Origin: an uncultured bacterium
GTDB taxonomy: Bacteria > Patescibacteriota > Minisyncoccia > Phycocordibacterales > PALSA-1337
DNA: 56,202 nt
Reading direction: 5' to 3'
NCBI GenBank assembly: GCA_903842025.1
Contig: CAIMKX010000048.1
Coordinates: forward strand, 1 to 56,202
Part shown: one piece after another, positions 25,760 to 32,984 of the stretch
Numbering within the stretch: position 1 is the stretch's first letter
How the letters are laid out: each line of letters opens with the position of its first letter
Translations under genes and position numbers: made by a program
Notes under the pieces: generated by a model
The model's database searches: none
What the model saw: the letters and a program-made list of their open reading frames with translations, nothing else
Told to the model about the DNA's origin: nothing

Positions 25760-26557
25760 TTATTTGATCCTCGTATACCTTTTATAGACAGTCCAACCAG
25801 TCCATTTATTGAAGGGAAGTATGCAAGTTTCTTCGAGCCTATATTCGATGGAATCAGAACAGGTGAAATCGAGATCAGAGGGCGGGTTACGGATGGTTAT
25901 GGGTTTGAGAAGACCACGAGAAGTGAAGTAACATTTTTCGTTAAACAACCTTGCATCAACTACGCCTTTTTGAAGATATTTCGAGACATATGCACCTATC
26001 GATTGAATGTGTTGAATGGCATTTATTTTTATGAATCCGTGTGACCAAATTTCTGCTAACTCGTCATTGTTTATGTATGGCAGATTGAAGAAGACGGCGT
26101 GATAGTGAACAGCTCCTCGTTTCTGGAATTCGACGACAGAGACATATTTGAGCGCGTGTCCAATGTGATAATTCAGTCTCATCATGAATTTTCGCCACAT
26201 TTCGTTTGCTTCCTTGAGCCCGGTTATGTTTTCGGCAAAGGTGAACGTTACGAATTTATCGCTATATTCAGGATACTGACCGGAATTACAGGAGATTAGA
26301 CGGCGTATATGCTTCCTAGCGCGTGAGATTGAGAATGGACGACGAATACCTAGATTTCGCTTACCGACACGCTTCTTGCGACGATTTCGTGACTTCAACT
26401 GACCACCGAAATGGATGTCTTTTTCGAATTCATAGACTTCCTTGACGGGACCGGAGATGACAGCCTTGTATCTCGAGAAATCAACGCCCCAATGTATTTT
26501 TCTCAATTCGTCGAAAGCCCGACTTAGATCGTCTGCCGACGGAATCTGATTAGCCAT
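25760..26557 (-). CDS. Rolling-circle replication initiator (HUH endonuclease superfamily)
   Basis: 265 aa. Motif I-like KFVTFTF, HUH motif GAVHYHAVFF, motif III Tyr region GAYVSKYLQK. Confidence 0.7.
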   Translation of the reverse strand: MANQIPSADDLSRAFDELRKIHWGVDFSRYKAVISGPVKEVYEFEKDIHFGGQLKSRNRRKKRVGKRNLGIRRPFSISRARKHIRRLISCNSGQYPEYSDKFVTFTFAENITGLKEANEMWRKFMMRLNYHIGHALKYVSVVEFQKRGAVHYHAVFFNLPYINNDELAEIWSHGFIKINAIQHIQSIGAYVSKYLQKGVVDARLFNEKCYFTSRGLLKPITIRNPPSDLDFTCSDSIEYRLEETCILPFNKWTGWTVYKRYTRIK

Positions 26558-26618
26558 ACATATTTAATTCTAATAAATCTGATTAAGTGTGAGAGAGGTC
26601 GAGTCTAGAAACAACACT

Positions 26619-27398
26619 CTACCTCTTGAATTTTATAGCCGATATCCGGGCAGCTAAAGCAGCCCAGATCTCGGCGACTCGTAGCACATTTACTTCATAA
26701 GTTTCAGTTTTGATTGTTGTTGTACCTATCATATTTCCAATTTCACCCTTGATACCGACAGTCTCTTTGGTGTTGTACATTTTGAAGTATTTTGCTTCGC
26801 CCCAATATAGTCTCCTCGATAGCCGTTTTTCTTCATTGACTGTCTCGTCACCGGAGAGATCATATTCATCGCGGGCAAAAAGAGTGATAAATGGAATCAT
26901 GAATTTTTCGCAATGATAGAATACATTGGTCATTCCTCGCATGACAGCATGGACGGAAGTTGGGCGTTGAGTGGTGTAGAAGATCGAACGATCGAATTTG
27001 CGTGTTTGCAGAATATTCAAGCGTTGTGACATGGGCATTTTGGACATCTGATACGAATCGAACAGCACATATGCTTCATCTATAGCGACAATGCAATCTC
27101 GAAGTTTTCCGAACTCGTTATGCCAGTTTTCATCCGTTGGCATCTTACGGAGGTTAGTAGCCGGATACTTGATGAACTTTTTCTTTAGGCCAATCGCTCC
27201 CCAGAATATGGCGAAGGGATTTTGCCTTTGATCATAACCATCCCAATGGATAGTGAAATTTGTGTAGACCACATGCCCGTTATTCAAGAGCCGAAGAAGA
27301 TCTCGAACCATAGCGTATGTTTTACCTTGGCCTAGCCTACCGTAGTAGCAGTAAATGCCGTGCTCGATATCCATTCTTTTTGTCTTTATTTTGGACAT
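26619..27398 (-). CDS. Zot / pI-like P-loop NTPase (inovirus morphogenesis ATPase family)
   Basis: 259 aa. Walker A GRLGQGKTY near the N-terminus and Walker B IVAIDEA. Size and position are typical of a Zot-like N-terminal domain. Confidence 0.7.
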   Translation of the reverse strand: MSKIKTKRMDIEHGIYCYYGRLGQGKTYAMVRDLLRLLNNGHVVYTNFTIHWDGYDQRQNPFAIFWGAIGLKKKFIKYPATNLRKMPTDENWHNEFGKLRDCIVAIDEAYVLFDSYQMSKMPMSQRLNILQTRKFDRSIFYTTQRPTSVHAVMRGMTNVFYHCEKFMIPFITLFARDEYDLSGDETVNEEKRLSRRLYWGEAKYFKMYNTKETVGIKGEIGNMIGTTTIKTETYEVNVLRVAEIWAALAARISAIKFKR

Positions 27399-27433
27399 GA
27401 TGTTTAAATTAATTTGATAATATCGACCACCGA

Positions 27434-27700
27434 TTAACCGATTTCACTCTCGCGGATATAGGTAGAAATAAACTTTTCTGTAACATAACCTTTTGCGAAC
27501 ACATCTTCTATTTCGTTCGAAATAAGCTCAACGAGGACAGGGTTACCGATTTTATCCTCAAATCTATCAATAACCTCGAGGAGGTGATCATATAGATCCG
27601 GATCGATTCGGGCAGGCCACCAGTCTTTCCATATCTCTAAATTTCGCTCACATTCTTTTTTCGCTATCTCTTTATTCAGCATGATGATTTTGTTATTCAT
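27434..27700 (-). CDS. Hypothetical phage-module protein (88 aa)
   Basis: ORF whose ATG overlaps the stop of the upstream 67-aa ORF (ATGA). Confidence 0.5.
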   Translation of the reverse strand: MNNKIIMLNKEIAKKECERNLEIWKDWWPARIDPDLYDHLLEVIDRFEDKIGNPVLVELISNEIEDVFAKGYVTEKFISTYIRESEIG

Positions 27701-27900
27701 TTTTTTAATTTATTTAATCTTAATAATGACCACACTCTGCTTTGCATTATCTGAAGTAAGAAAAAATGATATGCAAACTGTTGTTGGAAATTCAGCTCGA
27801 AACCATGGCAATGACCGTCTTTTAGATGAGCGTGTATATCCTTTAAAATCGGGTCAGATTTCAGTAATGTTTCTATAATATTTTGATTGATTGTTTTCAT
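27697..27900 (-). CDS. Hypothetical phage-module protein (67 aa)
   Basis: ORF in the same co-oriented string. Confidence 0.45.
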   Translation of the reverse strand: MKTINQNIIETLLKSDPILKDIHAHLKDGHCHGFELNFQQQFAYHFFLLQIMQSRVWSLLRLNKLKK

Positions 27901-27935
27901 GTGATTATTTGTAATTAGTTGACTGCTAATATTTT

Positions 27936-28196
27936 TTAACCAGACCCTCGCAACTTATTGATAACCCAATTCACGAGCTGATATGTTTTGTATCCAAGCT
28001 CTATCCCGACACCGGCGAGCATAAATGTCATAGCTGTTCCGAGGAAAGGGAAGATGGTGGCCATCGCGCGGTAGTAGCCGAAGATCGTCGTAATCGTAGA
28101 ATCCAAATTGAGAGGAAGGGAAGTGACCTTTGGTAGAAAGCTCAATGCCCACGACATCGACTCCATAATGAATGAGATGAGAAGTGATGTAATCAT
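27936..28196 (-). CDS. Small multi-TM protein (pVI-like position)
   Basis: 86 aa with 2-3 hydrophobic segments. The start overlaps the stop of the 462-aa gene (ATGA). Confidence 0.5.
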   Translation of the reverse strand: MITSLLISFIMESMSWALSFLPKVTSLPLNLDSTITTIFGYYRAMATIFPFLGTAMTFMLAGVGIELGYKTYQLVNWVINKLRGSG

Positions 28197-29581
28197 GGTT
28201 TGATTTTGTTAAAGGCGAATTTCCATAGCCAGAAAAAGAAGCCAGCACCCATGAGTAGACTGATCATGTTGCTGATTGACGTCCACGCATTACCCCAATA
28301 ACCGTGAGACGTCGAGGATGCCATCAAGGACCAATCAATGAATGTGATTGTTTTGCCTTTGAAGATTTGCGTAGAGGATGCGTTGTAGAGAGGGTTTGAG
28401 TTGTTCGGAAAAGTAATCGAAAGGTTTGCGCTCGATAGGGATGTCGTAGAAGCAGTAGAATAACCTGAAATGTCATTTGCAATGAGGAATATATAACCCC
28501 ATGGAGCTTTATATTTCAGATCATTATACTGCTCCTGAAAACGGAGGCGAGTATACATATCCGGGACGAAGAGTAGATAGATTACATTTTTGAACACGGT
28601 GCCGACAGCACAGCCGATACCAGATGCCGTGAGCATCGAATCGCAATCGCTTAAGCCGGTCGTGATCGTTATCGGCGTAGAAGTAGCAGGGAAGTACAGG
28701 CTCAATGACGACAGCGGGGTGATTGTCTTATTGACTATGAATTCGCTTGAAGTGGCAACATAAACGTTCGGAGAGTTATCAAACAAGATAGACATGTGAT
28801 AACGGCCATCGGCCAATGCCCCGGTTGTAGTTGAGTAAGTATAGTTTCCACTTACAGTTGGAACAGTACCGAAATTATATTCGGAGTAATTACCGTTATC
28901 GGTATCGAGTAGCGTGATTAGCAAATTCGGAGTAGATGATCCAATATCGCTATCTATGTAATATGATCCGGACAAAGTGACAGGGGAGCTGATCGGCGTA
29001 ACAGTATATGCAGGTAAATATGAAGTGATCTGCGTTCCAATATAGCTAGGGTATCCGTCGGTAACCGCAAAATATATGTCGGATATGCCAGAACATGCTC
29101 CGCCGCCGGTATAGTGATAGCACGCACCGTCTGCCCATTTATCAGTCGGCGATCCGTGAACTTTTTGAGTTTCTCCGTTACCCGGTGCGTAAAAATATAT
29201 AGTTACTCGCTTGCCGGTAACTGAAACAGCAGGCGACCATGTGGTTATAAGGTGTGTTGGGGTTGAATTAAGCGCCCAAGAGTTGCTGTATTTCACATTG
29301 GACATATCACCTATACAGGTGGCGGCATTTTCTGAACTAGGGCAGATATGAACCCTGTAGCGGGTGTTATTGATCATGTATCCACTCATGATCACATCTA
29401 CTGCGCCCATATTACCGACTAGATTCGTGCCGAGATCTTGGTATGTAGTACCCGAATTGGCATTGACCTGCACATACCCTGAAGAATCAGTTTGTGCGCC
29501 GAGAGTCATGGCGTATGTACCGGCTGGCAAAAACAGCAGGCTCATAAGAAAGATAAAACTGTAGTAGTAATATTTCTTCAT
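28193..29581 (-). CDS. Secreted Ser/Thr/Gly/Tyr-rich protein with a C-terminal TM anchor (pIII-like adsorption/minor coat candidate)
   Basis: 462 aa. Signal peptide MKKYYYYSFIFLMSLLFLPAGTYA and C-terminal LLMGAGFFFWLWKFAFNKIKP anchor. Confidence 0.55.
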   Translation of the reverse strand: MKKYYYYSFIFLMSLLFLPAGTYAMTLGAQTDSSGYVQVNANSGTTYQDLGTNLVGNMGAVDVIMSGYMINNTRYRVHICPSSENAATCIGDMSNVKYSNSWALNSTPTHLITTWSPAVSVTGKRVTIYFYAPGNGETQKVHGSPTDKWADGACYHYTGGGACSGISDIYFAVTDGYPSYIGTQITSYLPAYTVTPISSPVTLSGSYYIDSDIGSSTPNLLITLLDTDNGNYSEYNFGTVPTVSGNYTYSTTTGALADGRYHMSILFDNSPNVYVATSSEFIVNKTITPLSSLSLYFPATSTPITITTGLSDCDSMLTASGIGCAVGTVFKNVIYLLFVPDMYTRLRFQEQYNDLKYKAPWGYIFLIANDISGYSTASTTSLSSANLSITFPNNSNPLYNASSTQIFKGKTITFIDWSLMASSTSHGYWGNAWTSISNMISLLMGAGFFFWLWKFAFNKIKP

Positions 29582-29615
29582 GTGGTTATTAATAAATTGA
29601 TAATCGCACTGGGTT

Positions 29616-29783
29616 GGGTCAGTCTAGTCATAGCTAGAGCGTAATTTTTCCGAAATTTTGTAGTCAAGGTCGCTTCGCGATGTCCTACGCATTTTTTGTT
29701 TTATAAGGTGTAAAGACATCGCGAAGCTCTCTTGACAAAAAATTTCCTGAAAAATTATTGCTCTGCTATGACAAGCCTGACCC
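29616..29783. repeat. ~168-nt imperfect long hairpin (candidate ssDNA origin / packaging signal)
   Basis: Left arm gggtcagtctagtcatagctagagcgtaatttttccgaaattttgtagtcaaggtcgcttcgcgatgtc. It pairs along ~70 nt with the right arm gacatcgcgaagctctcttgac...gctatgacaagcctgaccc, with several mismatches and bulges. Confidence 0.85.
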
Positions 29784-29797
29784 TCCTACTAACCTGA

Positions 29798-29867
29798 TCG
29801 CGGGGACCGGAATCGAACCGGATGTCCGTAGAAAAGTAGCGTTCTATAGAGTTACCAAACCCCGCGG
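29798..29867 (-). other. Degenerate tRNA-like element (acceptor stem plus T arm intact, no canonical D or anticodon arms)
   Basis: The minus strand reads CGCGGGG...TCCGG-TTCGATT-CCGGT-CCCCGCG-A. The middle forms TAGAA/TTCTA with an 8-nt loop instead of a canonical anticodon arm. No CCA. Confidence 0.5.
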
Positions 29868-29980
29868 CTACAAAAGACCGGCTGTGTCGATAGTTCAGAA
29901 GGCCTTTTGGCTCAATTGGAGAGGACTAGCCTGATTCCACTTGAAGAGAGCGGAGAGACAGCGGCCTTACGCCGCGCGGA

Positions 29981-30166
29981 TCATTTGATACCGCCCACGT
30001 ATCTCTTTGCCTTATGCCAGAGCATAAAGACTGCGCCGAGGAGCAACATGGCTGGAACAACATACGGCAGGACGTCCAATACAAGAGTATTGACCTGACC
30101 GATGGTGTTATCCCAGATGAGATGCACACTGGCCAAAGAAATAGTGGTAGATGCAAGTGAGGTCAC
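29981..30166 (-). CDS. Major-coat-protein-like mini TM protein (pVIII-like)
   Basis: 61 aa: N-terminal leader-like segment, hydrophobic core VVPAMLLLGAVFMLW, basic tail HKAKRYVGGIK. A short hairpin follows the stop. Confidence 0.55.
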   Translation of the reverse strand: MTSLASTTISLASVHLIWDNTIGQVNTLVLDVLPYVVPAMLLLGAVFMLWHKAKRYVGGIK

Positions 30167-30237
30167 TATTTTAGCTACTTAAATTATGCTGATAATATCG
30201 ACCACGAATCGACAACTGGGCTTATTGACATTGCCAG

Positions 30238-30345
30238 TTAGCCGAAGTGGAAGAGTATCCGGAAAAGGCCGATCAGCATGTACGCGAACATTCCCAAGAC
30301 AACTGCGGACAGATACACTTGATATGCGTCAGAAAGGATATTCAT
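30238..30345 (-). CDS. 35-aa mini TM protein (below the ORF-track cutoff)
   Basis: Reads MNILSDAYQVYLSAVVLGMFAYMLIGLFRILFHFG*. Its ATG overlaps the stop of the upstream ORF (ATGA at 30345-30342). Confidence 0.45.
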   Translation of the reverse strand: MNILSDAYQVYLSAVVLGMFAYMLIGLFRILFHFG

Positions 30346-30506
30346 GAAAGGAAACGGAGAAGTTTAACGCCTTGTAATATCATCCAGTAGACGAATATCG
30401 GGACACCGATAGCGAGGGGCATGAGGAAGAAAGTCCACCAGAAAAGATCCACATAGGATGCGTTATCGATTGCTGGCTGTAATATCTGCATAAGTACTGG
30501 ATTCAT
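30342..30506 (-). CDS. 54-aa mini TM protein (internal start of the 109-aa ORF-track entry)
   Basis: MNPVLMQILQPAIDNASYVDLFWWTFFLMPLAIGVPIFVYWMILQGVKLLRFLS. The ATG at 30506 overlaps the stop of the 80-aa ORF (ATGA). Confidence 0.45.
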   Translation of the reverse strand: MNPVLMQILQPAIDNASYVDLFWWTFFLMPLAIGVPIFVYWMILQGVKLLRFLS

Positions 30507-30745
30507 AGTTTTGATTTCATTCCTAACGCTCCGAACAAAGTTGCGAAGAAAAATACTGCGAGAAAGAAAATAATTATTCCTAGACCGAAGATCATAGTGC
30601 CATCGTCGCGCACTGTAATAGGGGAGGCGAGAGACATGACTGGTTGTGTTGACGACGAGGTAACCGTACATGTTTGCTCAATCATTAGAGGCGGCTCATC
30701 GGTGTTATACAGGTTGTCACAGTGCCAGGAATTGATCATATTCAT
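30503..30745 (-). CDS. 80-aa protein with a C-terminal TM segment and short basic tail
   Basis: ...MIFGLGIIIFFLAVFFFATLFGALGMKSKL. The ATG overlaps the stop of the 60-aa ORF (ATGA). Confidence 0.5.
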   Translation of the reverse strand: MNMINSWHCDNLYNTDEPPLMIEQTCTVTSSSTQPVMSLASPITVRDDGTMIFGLGIIIFFLAVFFFATLFGALGMKSKL

Positions 30746-30924
30746 TCGTTATTCTTAATCTCATAGATCAGAACGACATGATCCATGTTTATAATGACCT
30801 GAGCGCCGTTATCCCGAACGATGGTGATGAAGTTACCGTCTATATCCTCGACAACACCTTGGAAGCAACTACTATTACCGTAGTATTTATTATCGAGAGC
30901 AAATATGTATCTATTTTTAAGCAT
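30742..30924 (-). CDS. 60-aa soluble beta-rich protein (occupies the position of an inovirus ssDNA-binding protein; speculative)
   Basis: ORF in the coupled string. No TM segment. Confidence 0.4.
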   Translation of the reverse strand: MLKNRYIFALDNKYYGNSSCFQGVVEDIDGNFITIVRDNGAQVIINMDHVVLIYEIKNNE

Positions 30925-30928
30925 GGTT

Positions 30929-31105
30929 TTAGGCTAACGAATAATTAAACATTCCTAACTTGATAGGCGACTCAACTCTCGGATTCTTCTCCATCCACGA
31001 ACTGCACTTTACGCAACAATTACCTTGTTCTCGATAACGCTTCTCGGTCATCTCTAACTTCTCTCGACAAACAGGGGACACATGGTAGACACAGTGATCT
31101 TTCAT
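30929..31105 (-). CDS. 58-aa Cys-rich (zinc-ribbon-like) protein, first gene of the string (below the ORF-track cutoff)
   Basis: Hand translation: MKDHCVYHVSPVCREKLEMTEKRYREQGNCCVKCSSWMEKNPRVESPIKLGMFNYSLA*. Cys at positions 5, 13, 30, 31 and 34. Confidence 0.45.
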   Translation of the reverse strand: MKDHCVYHVSPVCREKLEMTEKRYREQGNCCVKCSSWMEKNPRVESPIKLGMFNYSLA

Positions 31106-31332
31106 AGGTTTTATGAATTAACTGATAAACCCGTAGACAAAAACAACGAAGTGGCTAAGACTTCGTTGCTTCTGGTATACGAGATACTTCTGCTTACCGG
31201 AGTGACCGGCAGGGCAGAAACTATTTCATTGGCACAAACTAGCTAACCTTTCCAAGGATAGATTCGTAGGTGGGGCAGTGGCTTAACTGCTCAATAGTCT
31301 ATGTCGCACAATATATGTTTAGTACATATCCC

Positions 31333-31608
31333 TTATCTCTGACCGTGAGTCAGATTGTTGAAAATCGGAGTCCAAATATACGGAATGAAAATCACGTTCC
31401 AAACATAACTTATTGGTGCCTTCAAGTAACCATTCCAGATCGTCACCGACCCTTCCCTTATGAATGTCCAGTTGTCTTGAAACGTCTTGGAGTCGATTAT
31501 AGAGCGGATGTTTAGTCCCAGATAGGCCATGACGAAAAGAATGACGATAAAAATTACTATCATCTTGATCAATCCCCTATTGGTTTGTATATTTTTGTAA
31601 GTTGCCAT
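31333..31608 (-). CDS. Hypothetical membrane protein (91 aa)
   Basis: N-terminal TM MIVIFIVILFVMAYLGL. Confidence 0.45.
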   Translation of the reverse strand: MATYKNIQTNRGLIKMIVIFIVILFVMAYLGLNIRSIIDSKTFQDNWTFIREGSVTIWNGYLKAPISYVWNVIFIPYIWTPIFNNLTHGQR

Positions 31609-31626
31609 TTACATATTATAACTCAT

Positions 31627-32925
31627 CTATAGGAATGAAAGCGGATTGAGATAAGCGCTGAAGTCGGCGATCGGTATTATTGCGCCTTTGCAGTTGACGC
31701 TGTTGTCGAATTTTTTGATCTCGACGCCTTGGGTGGCATAAACGCCGAAGTGAAGATGTGGGCCAGTAGAGTATCCGGTATTGCCGCTATAAGCGATCTG
31801 CTGGCCAGTGGCGACTTCCTGGCCAATACTCACAGTTTGCAAGGATAAGTGGGCATAGAGAGTCGACAGGCCATTAGAGTGCTTGATCATGATCCATTGG
31901 CCGTATGAATAGCAACCCCTAACCAGATCCGTATTCCCTTCTCCAATAATAACGCCGGATAAGGCAGCTTTGACAGGCGTTCCTATTGAAGCACGGAAGT
32001 CGACTCCAGTATGGCCTTTGCCGTTGTAAATCTGCGGATTGGCGGTGGCAAAAGGTGTGTTGCCGAAATATTGGGTGATGAATATCTTATCAAGCGGCCA
32101 AGACAAGACACCCGATCCAGTATGCGGTATTGAAGTCGGATTGACCAGAATATGGAGCTGGGATTCATAGGAGTTGATTTCGTTTTGAAAAGCCGCTTCT
32201 TGAGCTTTCTTTTGGGCTAGAAGTTGTTTATAGGAAGCCTCGGACTGGTTGGTCTCCTTCAATAAAGCCGTCTGGGCTTTGGTCGTGGACAGGACGATGG
32301 CCCGCTGATCATTGAGTTGATTGTTCAGAGTAACCAGGTCTGTTTTGGCCTTTTGGCTGGATTTTTGATTGGCTTCGAGATCGCTTTTGAACTTTTCCAA
32401 AGAATTGATGTGGCCGTAAATATTGGCTTGAATAGTCCCAAGTCTTTCCAGTGAATCGAGAGTCTCCGAAATTGATTGGCCTGATAATATGATAGCCGGC
32501 ACGGATTGTTCGCTCATTTCATTCACAGTGAGAAATGCCTGCCTGATGATCCTCCGATCATCGGCTATGGAATTTTCCTGATTGGCAATATTAGAGCCAA
32601 GCCTCTCGATCTCAAGATTACGGGCGGCGATCTTATCTTGTGTCAAGGATATATTGGCTTCAAGTTTCTTCTTGGTCAGAGTTAAGGACTTTATCGTCGC
32701 CGTCAGAGTTAATGACTGCGAACCCAATGTATCAAGCTGTTTCTGGTAATCGGCGATTTCCTTCTCAAGATTGGCTATATCTTGATTACGCTGGTCGATT
32801 TTGGATTGAATTTCGGAGGCGGTTTGGGCGTGAGTCACAGGAGAGGTAAGAGGTAGGAGGTAGGAGATAAGAATTATAACGAGCAAAAGAAAGCCGTGTT
32901 TGTAATTGACTTTTTCATTTTTCAT
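31627..32925 (-). CDS. M23 family metallopeptidase with an N-terminal coiled coil (EnvC-like architecture)
   Basis: 432 aa. Signal peptide, long heptad-rich region, and M23 motifs HTGVDF and GNTGYSTGPHLHFGVY. Confidence 0.85.
   Translation of the reverse strand: MKNEKVNYKHGFLLLVIILISYLLPLTSPVTHAQTASEIQSKIDQRNQDIANLEKEIADYQKQLDTLGSQSLTLTATIKSLTLTKKKLEANISLTQDKIAARNLEIERLGSNIANQENSIADDRRIIRQAFLTVNEMSEQSVPAIILSGQSISETLDSLERLGTIQANIYGHINSLEKFKSDLEANQKSSQKAKTDLVTLNNQLNDQRAIVLSTTKAQTALLKETNQSEASYKQLLAQKKAQEAAFQNEINSYESQLHILVNPTSIPHTGSGVLSWPLDKIFITQYFGNTPFATANPQIYNGKGHTGVDFRASIGTPVKAALSGVIIGEGNTDLVRGCYSYGQWIMIKHSNGLSTLYAHLSLQTVSIGQEVATGQQIAYSGNTGYSTGPHLHFGVYATQGVEIKKFDNSVNCKGAIIPIADFSAYLNPLSFL
32844..32871. 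repeat. Heptamer array aggtaag/aggtagg/aggtagg/agataag (inside the M23 signal-peptide codons)
   Basis: Four tandem 7-mers, complementary to the array at 32936-32984. Confidence 0.85.
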
Positions 32926-32935
32926 AGATACTTTT

Positions 32936-32984
32936 CTTACCTCTTACCTCTTACCTCTTACCTCTTACTTCTTACCTCTTACTT
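32936..32984. repeat. Heptamer tandem array (cttacct x5 and cttactt x2, seven units in total)
   Basis: Seven consecutive 7-nt units. The array overlaps the gltX stop codon (32979-32981) and lies 11 nt upstream of the M23 start codon. Confidence 0.9.

Larger units (their letters stand above)
24859..31105 (-). mobile_element. Integrated inovirus-like (filamentous-phage-like) gene module; exact att ends not determined
   Basis: Co-oriented genes: integrase, HUH Rep, Zot/pI-like ATPase, pVI-like and pIII-like proteins, a long hairpin, a pVIII-like mini coat protein and other ATGA-coupled mini TM ORFs. Confidence 0.65.

Noticed and set aside
29798-29867. A functional tRNA gene on the minus strand
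   Set aside because: Only the acceptor stem and T arm are canonical. The D stem is missing, the putative anticodon stem closes an 8-nt loop, and the T stem has a U-U mismatch. It is reported as tRNA-like only.
30342-30671. 109-aa ORF as a single protein
   Set aside because: Its N-terminal half overlaps the better-supported 80-aa ORF in another frame. An internal ATG at 30506 forms an ATGA junction with that ORF, giving a 54-aa TM protein instead.
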